Notes under the pieces: model-generated | Database searches by the model: none | What the model was told of the DNA's origin: nothing | The model's input: the letters and a program-made list of their open reading frames with translations, nothing else | Translations under genes and position numbers: made by a program | From: a virus | Strand: one strand, 5' to 3' | DNA: 64,000 bases | IMG/VR virus record: IMGVR_UViG_3300009177_000036 | Location: 2,853 to 66,852 of that record | Shown: in pieces, positions 28,858 through 37,098 of the stretch | How the letters are laid out: every line of letters begins with the position of its first letter | Position numbering within the stretch: the stretch's first letter is position 1

Positions 28858-29256
28858 CTACTTCACCTTAACGATAGCGTCGGGGGCCGGAACCACTGCA
28901 ATCACGTCCTCATCCATAAGGGCGATCAATTCAATCCCGTCGACCTGGACTTTATTCGACTGATATTTGCTGTACAATACGACATCGCCCAGTTCAAACG
29001 GCGCACCGTGGTTGATTTCATCCGAGTAAGTGGGTCGCCCGATGTCTGGACCCATAGCCACGACGAGACCAATGGACCGGACGAAAGCCTCAGCTTCTTT
29101 GGAGATGTCCGCGAGGATGATGCCCCCCGCAGTCTTGCTCGGGACACTCATGGGCCGAACGAAGAGGCGCTTACCTAGGGGCTGGGGGACCCGGGAAAGA
29201 TCAAGTTCCTTACCATCGTCCCGGGAGAAAAACTTAGAAAGCTCCGTTTCCGTCAT
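28858..29256 (-). CDS. groES: Co-chaperonin GroES
   Basis: PLGKRLFVRP, KTAGGIIL, GLVVAMGP, GDVVLYSKY, DEDVIAV. Confidence 0.9.
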   Translation of the reverse strand: MTETELSKFFSRDDGKELDLSRVPQPLGKRLFVRPMSVPSKTAGGIILADISKEAEAFVRSIGLVVAMGPDIGRPTYSDEINHGAPFELGDVVLYSKYQSNKVQVDGIELIALMDEDVIAVVPAPDAIVKVK

Positions 29257-29435
29257 CTTGGGAATCCTTATTGGCCTCTCGAAGGGCACTGAGTGCAAAG
29301 ATAAGACCATCTCTGGTGCCCCTTAGCCTAAGAGTATCTTCCCAAGTTTCAGTTTTGTCAAGCAAATCGTTTTCGACCATCCGAAGCTGGTCAGTGAGGG
29401 TTTTCTTCACCCGCTCATGGACGGACAAGCTCAAC
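29234..29435 (-). CDS. Hypothetical protein
   Basis: Helical ORF upstream of GroES, GGAGG RBS; start approximate. Confidence 0.5.
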
Positions 29436-29637
29436 CTCCAGGCGGCTTGCGGGCAGCGTTGTAAGCTCGGTCGGTCCGGGGATCGATGCGCCGCTGCCGA
29501 ACACCCCAACGAATCGTCTCACCGGGCTTCGGGCTCATCGGCCCATGTGGGTCTTCGGCCAAAGGCCACACCCAAGACGTGTTCGAGCGGTTAATATTCC
29601 CTTCAGGGAAATCTACCTTCGATCGATCACCAGCCAT
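29431..29637 (-). CDS. Hypothetical protein
   Basis: Coupled ORF. Confidence 0.5.
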   Translation of the reverse strand: MAGDRSKVDFPEGNINRSNTSWVWPLAEDPHGPMSPKPGETIRWGVRQRRIDPRTDRAYNAARKPPGG

Positions 29638-29873
29638 TATCTTTTCCTCTTCGGTTTAAAGCCAATCAAAATTACCAACCCAGGCTTAGTCTTTGGGGCC
29701 TTAATCGAACCACCTTTGCGCTTGCGCGAAAGCCCGGCCTCACTCAATGAGATGGCGATGGCTTGCTTACGGTCCTTCACGATCGGACCTCTCGGGCCCC
29801 CAGAGTGAAGCGCACCGGCTTTGAACTTGGCCATTTCCTGCTTGACCCCGGCGGGGCCTTTCTGGACAGGCAT
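29637..29873 (-). CDS. Small basic protein (DUF6496-like)
   Basis: M.KFKAGALHSG...VKDRKQAIAISLSEAG. Confidence 0.75.
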   Translation of the reverse strand: MPVQKGPAGVKQEMAKFKAGALHSGGPRGPIVKDRKQAIAISLSEAGLSRKRKGGSIKAPKTKPGLVILIGFKPKRKR

Positions 29874-29874
29874 C

Positions 29875-30300
29875 CTACTTCTTCCGCATACCTTTAAGGG
29901 TCTCAGCAAACCGAGCCCGCTGGCCTATCTTACCGGGCTTCTTCTCCGCAGCCTCAAGCTTGGCCTCCGGAATCTTCTTGCCCTGAGGTACCCCAAGGTC
30001 CTTGTGCAACTGACCGGGCTTCTTGATCGCCTTCTGAATGAACTTGACCCCGCCCCCGGCCTTCATGCCCTTGTGCTTCATGACCTTAGACATAAGTTTG
30101 GCATCGCTCTTCTTGTCCTCGGCCTCGAACTCCTTCAGCGCGCCCTTGACATCCCCGCCCTTGGCATAGATGTCGGTCTTCTTAACGCCCTTGTTTCGCA
30201 GCCCCTGGCCCCGAGCCATAACCGACCCGCCCTTGGCGTAGTTCTCCAGCGTCAACTTCGCCCCGGGGTCCCAGTGTGATGTGCCCTGCCTACGATACAT
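29875..30300 (-). CDS. Small basic internal protein
   Basis: Three xxGG motifs; FIQKAIKKPG.LH..LGVP.GKKIP...RARFAETLK. Confidence 0.75.
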   Translation of the reverse strand: MYRRQGTSHWDPGAKLTLENYAKGGSVMARGQGLRNKGVKKTDIYAKGGDVKGALKEFEAEDKKSDAKLMSKVMKHKGMKAGGGVKFIQKAIKKPGQLHKDLGVPQGKKIPEAKLEAAEKKPGKIGQRARFAETLKGMRKK

Positions 30301-30447
30301 GTCAGCCTCTACTTCGTTTTAGTCCAAGATTTCGGAAAGTCTTTACCTGCGGGAATCCAACCCCTGGGCGTCTTCTCAACACCCTTTTCACCTGGAAAGT
30401 TCAAGGCCTCCTGACGGCTAACGCCGGGCCACCCCTTGCCGTCCACC

Positions 30448-30783
30448 TTAGTTCCAGCCGCCCTTGAACCAACGGGAAGCCTCGGAGCGCCCATTGGCAG
30501 AACCCATCTTAGCACGACCGGTCGACCCGCCATCAGACATCTTCTTGGACACGCGACCACCCTTCTTCATCGGCGGGGGTGGGGCCATAGCACCAGGGGG
30601 AGGAGCCATCCCAGCGCCAGGGCCAGGGCCACCCATAGGCGGACCACCAGCACCAGCGCCGCCTTTAAGAGCAGACAACATAGCCAGAGCCGCCAGAGGA
30701 TTTGCCTTAGGCTTGCTCTTAGCTTTGCCACTTCTCAAACCTGGGGTCATCATTCGAGGGGTGTTTGAACGCGAAATTGCCAC
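30448..30783 (-). CDS. Small basic Pro/Gly-rich protein
   Basis: MAISRS start, MKKGGRV. Confidence 0.6.
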   Translation of the reverse strand: MAISRSNTPRMMTPGLRSGKAKSKPKANPLAALAMLSALKGGAGAGGPPMGGPGPGAGMAPPPGAMAPPPPMKKGGRVSKKMSDGGSTGRAKMGSANGRSEASRWFKGGWN

Positions 30784-30821
30784 GATTTAGGGTTCCTTCC
30801 CTAGAGGAGTATTGCCCTTCG

Positions 30822-30851
30822 AGTGTAACGCATGCCAAGGCAAGTACGCAA
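30822..30851 (-). promoter_or_regulatory. Putative late-class promoter TTGCGT-18-TACACT
   Basis: Intergenic, after the portal gene. Confidence 0.55.
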
Positions 30852-30854
30852 GTT

Positions 30855-33287
30855 TTATTCTTCGACGTTAATTCCCTTGGCCTGAAGCTCGGCCCGCTTG
30901 ATAGCCTGATTACTAGCCGCTATGCGACCCTGGACGATAAGGCGGTTATCTTGCTGCTGACCCTGGGCTGCAGTGTGTGCCCACTTATAGGCCGTCGCGG
31001 CTTGGTTATGGGACTGTTTTTCCAGCAAAGTTCCCCGAGAAGTCTCAGCGTTCATTCGATCGATCTCAAGCTTCTGCTGCTGAATAGGATCGATTGCCCC
31101 CTGACCCAAAGGATTGGCCAGAGATGGGGGCCGGGCCTGGGCAAGCCCAGTGATAACTTTAGCGGCCATCTGGTCGAAGTGAGCCTGAACCGGTGGGGGC
31201 ATCGGCTGCCCGGGCTGAGGCTGCGGCAATCCAAGCTGAGCCTGAACTTCCTGGCCCCGCAAGAATGCAAGGTGACTGAACAACAGAGCCTGGGCTGCCG
31301 GGCCGACCATCTCCATGGCCACAGTATATTGAGGGTCCTGGAGGAATGCCAAAAGGGCTTGAACGTGGGCAGCGTGATCTTGCTGAGGGTAGGCCTGGAC
31401 AGGCTGCTGCCGCAAGAGGGCCTGCTGTTCGGAGATCGGGTCCATCGGAGGCGGCGGAGCCTGGGGCTTCTGTTCCGGGGGCAGATACATGTCGGGGTTT
31501 TCCTCACCCATTCCCACAAGGACTTCCCGGTACGAATTGCGCTTCCATGGAGTCATTTGAGGATCGGCAGACATCTGCTGAATCAGGGCCTGTTTAGCTT
31601 GGGCGATCGCGAGGCGCTGACTCTGGGAGAAGATGTTAGGGTCGCTGGCCGGGATAATCCCAATGCCCCCATTGAAATCAGACTTAAAGATCGTCCGGGG
31701 CGCGTTGGCTACATCATACGGGTAGACCGGGGGTAAAACCTCGTAGTTGAGTTCCTTAATCTGCGCAAGCTCTTGACCCTGACTCCGGTGGATGCGCTTA
31801 TGAAGGGCATTCTGCAGCCTGGAACTCTGCTCCAGAAGAGCCACTATCGTCCCGACCGGCCCATAAGTCGAAGAGTTCCCAACGATCTGATCCGTGGAAT
31901 CGGCAAAAGTGGAGGCATCCTTGGTCATCTGAACAATTAAATTCAGAAGAGTCTGGCTCGGCTCCGCATAGTTGAACGGAAGGATGGACTTCTGCAAATC
32001 CCCGGCAGTGGTCTCTACTTCCCTGAATTCACCGGGGCGAATCGGGTCGTCTTGATCACCTGTGGTCCGGAGACCACGAGAGCGCCATCCTCCACGTAGA
32101 TTCGCGAAAGTCCCGGCATCAACCAGTTGGCGCTGAGAAGAAGTGATGGTGTCCGCGTACCCGCCGATGAGATGATACAGCCCGTAACCATAGAACCCGG
32201 GTCCTTTGACGAAATAGTAAGGGGTGTGCCAGACCCTGATCCGGCGATCGGGATCGGCCTTTCTCCAGTTCCTGCGAATGGCGAGGATTCGGCCCGTTGA
32301 TCTTTCCAATGTGACCACATACGGCAGAAGGGTTCCGGCATCTGCATTGTCCTTATCATCACAATCCTCCACTGGATCAAGATAATAGAAAGCTTCAATA
32401 ACCTCCCACTCCGTCCGATGCGAGATGTCTGAGTCCATACCCTGCTGGCGGCGAATCTCCACATCCACTCGGGACTCATCGCCGCTCTGGGCCGGGCCCC
32501 CGACTATATCAGGATCAACATAATAGCCTTTGGCAATCCGCGAGGCCATATCCGGAATCGACACCGGCATAATCTCAAAGAACCGGGCCGCTGTCTCCAA
32601 GGAGGTGGCGTCTATCGGAACAATAAGACGATCGTCAGGAACATACGCCGAAGCCAATCGGCCCCGCGCCGGGTCGAACCAGTTCTTTTTGAAGCCGGTC
32701 CCCATAAGACCCACGCCAAAAAGAAGGCGCTCCTGCTCGTCAAAGAATTCCGGAATCTGCTCAGTAAGCTCATAGTTCATAAATTCCTGGACGCGCTGGG
32801 CCTGATCTTGTTTAGCCGGGGTGGGGTTGCCCACAATCTTCGTGCGCACAGGCCCATTGGCCGGGAAAATCTCAACGATCGCCTTGGACTGATACGTGAT
32901 GACATGCTGGGCTAAGATCGGGTGAACGGCGTTGCATGCGCCCTCAAATGGGTCGGACGTCTCGTCATAGTGAAAGCCCAGAAGCTGAAGAGCCCGCTCC
33001 CCATCCTGCCGCCGCTGTTCGAGGGCCTCCCAATCGATATCGAAATCACAGAGAATCCGGTGACCTATACCACAAAGGGCCCGCTCATCCAAGCCCTCCG
33101 CCAGATTCTCATAGAATTCATCCTGAAGGTGCTGGCCCGCTGTCGGGGTATCACCCTGAACATCCACAAATTCCACAGACCCGTCCGGGTTCTGGATCAT
33201 CTGCGGAGGCACTGGGCTCGCGCCCACAGACAGCGCAGGGGACGCCCCGCCCGCCATAAGACTTTGGATATTATCAATGAGAGCCAA
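30855..33287 (-). CDS. Portal protein
   Basis: PFEGACNAVHP, GPVRTKIVG, FMNYELTE, GFYGYGL, RQLVDAGT..NL. Confidence 0.9.
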   Translation of the reverse strand: MALIDNIQSLMAGGASPALSVGASPVPPQMIQNPDGSVEFVDVQGDTPTAGQHLQDEFYENLAEGLDERALCGIGHRILCDFDIDWEALEQRRQDGERALQLLGFHYDETSDPFEGACNAVHPILAQHVITYQSKAIVEIFPANGPVRTKIVGNPTPAKQDQAQRVQEFMNYELTEQIPEFFDEQERLLFGVGLMGTGFKKNWFDPARGRLASAYVPDDRLIVPIDATSLETAARFFEIMPVSIPDMASRIAKGYYVDPDIVGGPAQSGDESRVDVEIRRQQGMDSDISHRTEWEVIEAFYYLDPVEDCDDKDNADAGTLLPYVVTLERSTGRILAIRRNWRKADPDRRIRVWHTPYYFVKGPGFYGYGLYHLIGGYADTITSSQRQLVDAGTFANLRGGWRSRGLRTTGDQDDPIRPGEFREVETTAGDLQKSILPFNYAEPSQTLLNLIVQMTKDASTFADSTDQIVGNSSTYGPVGTIVALLEQSSRLQNALHKRIHRSQGQELAQIKELNYEVLPPVYPYDVANAPRTIFKSDFNGGIGIIPASDPNIFSQSQRLAIAQAKQALIQQMSADPQMTPWKRNSYREVLVGMGEENPDMYLPPEQKPQAPPPPMDPISEQQALLRQQPVQAYPQQDHAAHVQALLAFLQDPQYTVAMEMVGPAAQALLFSHLAFLRGQEVQAQLGLPQPQPGQPMPPPVQAHFDQMAAKVITGLAQARPPSLANPLGQGAIDPIQQQKLEIDRMNAETSRGTLLEKQSHNQAATAYKWAHTAAQGQQQDNRLIVQGRIAASNQAIKRAELQAKGINVEE

Positions 33288-33317
33288 GGCACGATTCCCC
33301 TAGATACGTGAGGCTAA

Positions 33318-33347
33318 AGCTTATCATAGAAAACCGGAGCGGGGCAA
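33318..33347 (-). promoter_or_regulatory. Putative late-class promoter TTGCCC-18-TAAGCT
   Basis: Directly upstream of the portal gene. Confidence 0.55.
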
Positions 33348-33355
33348 CTTATAGC

Positions 33356-33384
33356 TTGACAGGGATGTGGGACTTTGGTATACT
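33356..33384 (+). promoter_or_regulatory. Sigma70 promoter TTGACA-17-TATACT
   Basis: Near-perfect consensus. Confidence 0.8.
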
Positions 33385-33390
33385 TCCAAT

Positions 33391-33496
33391 ATGGCTGTCC
33401 TCAGCCCGGATATTTGAAAGTAGATTTCTGGCCCAGGCCTCAAGTCCTCTCCGCTTTCACACCCCTTTCCGGGTGCGGGGATAACTGTCTCTTTTT
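33391..33496 (+). ncRNA. Candidate rod-shaped small RNA or structured leader
   Basis: Starts at the predicted TSS; its ends pair; followed by CTCTTTTT. Confidence 0.4.
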
Positions 33497-33509
33497 ATAG
33501 GATTAACCT

Positions 33510-33788
33510 ATGTGCGCCGTTTCTGCAGTATATGACCGTTGGGCCAAGATACCATTCCCGCAGTTGCCGTGGCAGCCCCTGACCCCTGTGCCATTTTGGA
33601 CCCCGGAGCGCATTCAAGAGTTTAAAGATCAGATTGAGAAAGCCCGGGCCCAAGACATTGCTAATAATGAGCCCGATTGTCACAAGCCTGAGATGGCCGA
33701 GTTCATGCGACGAATTGACGCACTTGAGGCAGGGATGAAACGTATTGAAGACAAACTGGGAGATATCGAATATGATCAGGGACGTTAG
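33510..33788 (+). CDS. Hypothetical protein
   Basis: MC..S.VYD start, AR..D..N.EPDC pattern. Confidence 0.6.
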   Translation: MCAVSAVYDRWAKIPFPQLPWQPLTPVPFWTPERIQEFKDQIEKARAQDIANNEPDCHKPEMAEFMRRIDALEAGMKRIEDKLGDIEYDQGR

Positions 33789-34179
33789 GATACATCGTGG
33801 TGAGGTTTTCTTTGCCGTCGATAATGGTAATGTATATAAAGTGACCGACGCCCGCGCGGCCTGGGGTGTGGAGGTTCAGATGATTGGCCGTCTTTCCTCA
33901 GGGTCTGTTTCTGATGCTGTAATTGATTACATCACGTCTATGGGTGGCATCGCCCCCAACTTTACCGGGTGTGTTTCGGATGTCTCCTTGCCCCCCGAGG
34001 AGCCAACTCCAGAACAGGTGGCCTGGATGTATGGAATGCCTTACAAAACCGGAGTACCCCCGATTATGTCAGATGGGAGTGGGGCCCCGACCCAGGGTTC
34101 AGAGGCTGCACCGGTCCGGGAGACTGAGGCTGAGATGAAAGCTCGGATTTGGAAGGCGGTCGAGGCGGCCTGCAAATAG
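33772..34179 (+). CDS. Hypothetical protein
   Basis: Coupled ORF, GGAG RBS. Confidence 0.5.
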   Translation: MIRDVRIHRGEVFFAVDNGNVYKVTDARAAWGVEVQMIGRLSSGSVSDAVIDYITSMGGIAPNFTGCVSDVSLPPEEPTPEQVAWMYGMPYKTGVPPIMSDGSGAPTQGSEAAPVRETEAEMKARIWKAVEAACK

Positions 34180-34230
34180 GGCCCCGGACTTTGTCTGAAG
34201 TTTGTATACATTTTTCGGACAACTATTGCA

Positions 34231-34258
34231 GTTAATGGAACACAGATATTCCATTAAC
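34231..34258. terminator. Inverted repeat between convergent genes
   Basis: GTTAATGGAA-N8-TTCCATTAAC perfect 10-bp stem. Confidence 0.5.
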
Positions 34259-34286
34259 CCGCTTTAGTGGAACACGAAGATTACAA

Positions 34287-35804
34287 TTAGCGGCCTGCGT
34301 AGAAGCGGCGGCGCGATTTTGGGGGCCTACGCCCCTGGGTCTCCCAGTCCCGGTCCACTGACCAGTCCTCGGGCTTGACGATTGAGGCGGTGTCCTGCAG
34401 GTATTTTAGGGCCATGATCACAGTATCAACGTAATCGTCGTGAGGTAGATTCGGAAATCCGCAGCATTCGAGACAAACTTCAATGTGACTCTCGATGTTG
34501 GGGTTGAACCAAACGAGGCCCGCGCTCATGATGGGAGTGACGGAGTGGGCCCGCGCCTCCTTGTCTGTCTTGCCCGGCTGGAAGGCCCGAACCGGCAGTC
34601 CGGTTCTGCGAAGGTCCTGGATGAGTGACTGGCCGCTGGCCTTGTCTTCCACGATGATCAGGGCCGGGTGCTCGCGGTAATAGAGTTCGATGGCCCGGGC
34701 CTTGAGGGTCGGGAAGTCCATGCGGGCCTTTTCCGCCTTGAGGAGGATGATTTGAGTCACCCCAGCGGGATTGTCCCACAGGCCCCAGGTGGTGCAGGCG
34801 CTGTAGTCGGCCCGCTCCTTTTCACTGAAAGCAGTGTCCCAGACCTGGATTTTGGTATGACAGGCCGGGGCCGTTTCATCTTGCCACTCCTGCCACCACG
34901 CCTCCTTTAGGATGTTGCCCCCGTCAGCGATCGGGCGCTGCATGTAGACCGATTCCCACTGGTAGGTTGGGAGGTTGTCCCGGGTCCGCTCCATTTCCTC
35001 CAAGGGCCACCACTCCGGCCAGAGGGCCGAGCCGATCGGGAGCCCTAGCCTATCTGCGATATCCTCGTAGCCCTCTTCCAGGATGGCCGGAAGTTCAAGG
35101 ACCTCCCACTGATCCGCCCCAGGATTTACAGCCGCTTCATGTAATAGCCACCCTGAGAGGTCGTCCTCAGCCCATCGGGTGTTAATGATGATGATGGCCC
35201 CGTTGGGCATTAGGCGGGTCCGGAGACCAGCGGGCCACCACCTCTGCAGTTCAGCTTTGCGGGCCTTCGAGAAAGCCTCCTGCTCCGAGATCGGGTCGTC
35301 GATGATGGCGATATGAGCCCCGCGCCCAGCAATTTTGGCCCCTGCGCCCCGGGCAATGTAGACGCCCCCAAGGGTGGTCTGGAAACGGCCCCGGGCCTTG
35401 GCATCCTGGTTGACGTAGACCTTTGGAAATATGTCATGGAATTCGGAAGTCTGCATGGCATCCCGAACATCTGCGCCAATGTCTTCGGCGTAGCCCGTCG
35501 AGTGCGAGATTTGAATTAGCTGAGAGCGGGGATGGTTGCCGTAGAACCAAGCTGGGAAGTGTCTGGAAACTAACTGAGATTTCCCGGTCCGAGGTGGGGC
35601 GAAGATCATCAGGCGCTTGATTCGGCCCTCGGCCACATCCTGTAGCTTCTGGCAAATGAGCTTATGGTGGCGGCCCATTTGATAGTCGGGCTGCATCATT
35701 TGAACGTATGTGGCGAAATCTTTCCGCGCTTGCGCATTCAGAGCAATTAGGAGTTGGCGCTCTAGGTCCTGGGAATTTAAAGTGGGGTCTAACTGGAATG
35801 TCAC
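34287..35804 (-). CDS. terL: Terminase large subunit
   Basis: PPRTGKS Walker A, IIDDP Walker B, WDTA, EDKASG, HDDYVD. Confidence 0.97.
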   Translation of the reverse strand: MTFQLDPTLNSQDLERQLLIALNAQARKDFATYVQMMQPDYQMGRHHKLICQKLQDVAEGRIKRLMIFAPPRTGKSQLVSRHFPAWFYGNHPRSQLIQISHSTGYAEDIGADVRDAMQTSEFHDIFPKVYVNQDAKARGRFQTTLGGVYIARGAGAKIAGRGAHIAIIDDPISEQEAFSKARKAELQRWWPAGLRTRLMPNGAIIIINTRWAEDDLSGWLLHEAAVNPGADQWEVLELPAILEEGYEDIADRLGLPIGSALWPEWWPLEEMERTRDNLPTYQWESVYMQRPIADGGNILKEAWWQEWQDETAPACHTKIQVWDTAFSEKERADYSACTTWGLWDNPAGVTQIILLKAEKARMDFPTLKARAIELYYREHPALIIVEDKASGQSLIQDLRRTGLPVRAFQPGKTDKEARAHSVTPIMSAGLVWFNPNIESHIEVCLECCGFPNLPHDDYVDTVIMALKYLQDTASIVKPEDWSVDRDWETQGRRPPKSRRRFYAGR

Positions 35805-36307
35805 TCCACTTCCCCGGGGCCGTCGATCTGCGCCTGCTCGACAACACGGAAGTCGCCCTCGACTATCCCCGCATTCTGGGCGATGCCCATGAGCCGGGCC
35901 AGATTACCCGAGGCCCCGTGTTCCACAGCCCCCTGAACATTAATGGTCTGGACCGAGCGGGTCTCAAACATCCCGACGTCCTTGCCCATAAGTTCGGCGG
36001 CCCGGATTGCTGCAGAGAACTGCCCATTGGCCATGGCGTTATCATAGGCCTCGACGAGCCGGGCCCGGACACTATCAGGTGTAATGCCTGACTTGTTTGC
36101 AACTTGTTGCCGCTTCTGCTGAATGTAGGCCTGGATCGCCGGGTTCTTAAAAAACTGGGAAGCCTGATTGACGGAGCTTTCCTTGTAGCCCGCCGCCCGC
36201 ATGGCCGCCGATTTATTGGACGGGTCCAGGATAAAGGCCTCGGCGGCCCGGATTTGCATGGGGGTCAGGTCCCCGTCGAGTTCCCTAAATAGATTAGGTG
36301 CTGTCAC
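35801..36307 (-). CDS. terS: Terminase small subunit
   Basis: N-terminal HTH (AAMRAAGY), AIRAAELMGK..GMF, adjacent to terL. Confidence 0.85.
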   Translation of the reverse strand: MTAPNLFRELDGDLTPMQIRAAEAFILDPSNKSAAMRAAGYKESSVNQASQFFKNPAIQAYIQQKRQQVANKSGITPDSVRARLVEAYDNAMANGQFSAAIRAAELMGKDVGMFETRSVQTINVQGAVEHGASGNLARLMGIAQNAGIVEGDFRVVEQAQIDGPGEVE

Positions 36308-36315
36308 TAGCGCTC

Positions 36316-37098
36316 CTAGGGGCCGCGCCCCTCAACCTGAATGAAACCGCGCGTGATCGGGGGTGGGTTGGTGCCCTCGAACGCGAAATGAACCGAGTCC
36401 CCTGAGTGTACCACAGACCAACCGTGTTCTGCAAATAATTCCACCAAGCTCCGTTTGGAGTAGAAAGTGATGTGTCCGCTCCGGGGGGCTATGTACCACC
36501 AGCTTGGGTGGAGCTTGCCCGGGACAGTGACAGTGGTGAACATCAGACAGGCTCCGGGGGCCGCAACATTTAGGATATCGGCAACAAGGTCCCGGGGATT
36601 GGGGTGATGCTCGAACACCTCGAAACAGGTGATGAAGTCATAGGGCGGTGAAATGCTGGGGGCCGTGTCCTGGTAGAAGGGGTCGCAGGTGGTCACGTTC
36701 TCCCAACCCATCTGCCCCATATACATCTCAAAATGCCCAGAGCCCCCGCCCCAATCTACAATTTTAGGGTCCATCTTAACCCCAGCGGCTCGGGTTTTCC
36801 AGAGGAGGTCGTGGGTGACGATGGCATTGTTCATAGCCCTTGAGCCCCCGAAGCCAGGGTCGAAGCGCCCATAGTCCGGGGTGTAGATTTGGGCCTTGAA
36901 TTCCTCCGGAGTCATACGCCACATAATTGGAGCCCATGCAAATTCACAATCCCAGCACTGCCAGTAGGTGACGCTCTGCCCCGTAAAGATGTCGGGCTCG
37001 TTGGTCCCCGCGTGGCTCATGTCCATGGAAATCCGGGGCACGGCGTCGCCCCTGCAGATTGGGCAGTGGAATTCAAAATCTTTCTGCGAAGCAGTCAT
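36316..37098 (-). CDS. Class I SAM-dependent methyltransferase (Methyltransf_23-like)
   Basis: VDWGGGSG, YDFITCFEVFEH, WWYIAPRSGHITFY; N-terminal CxxC/CxxC. Confidence 0.85.
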   Translation of the reverse strand: MTASQKDFEFHCPICRGDAVPRISMDMSHAGTNEPDIFTGQSVTYWQCWDCEFAWAPIMWRMTPEEFKAQIYTPDYGRFDPGFGGSRAMNNAIVTHDLLWKTRAAGVKMDPKIVDWGGGSGHFEMYMGQMGWENVTTCDPFYQDTAPSISPPYDFITCFEVFEHHPNPRDLVADILNVAAPGACLMFTTVTVPGKLHPSWWYIAPRSGHITFYSKRSLVELFAEHGWSVVHSGDSVHFAFEGTNPPPITRGFIQVEGRGP

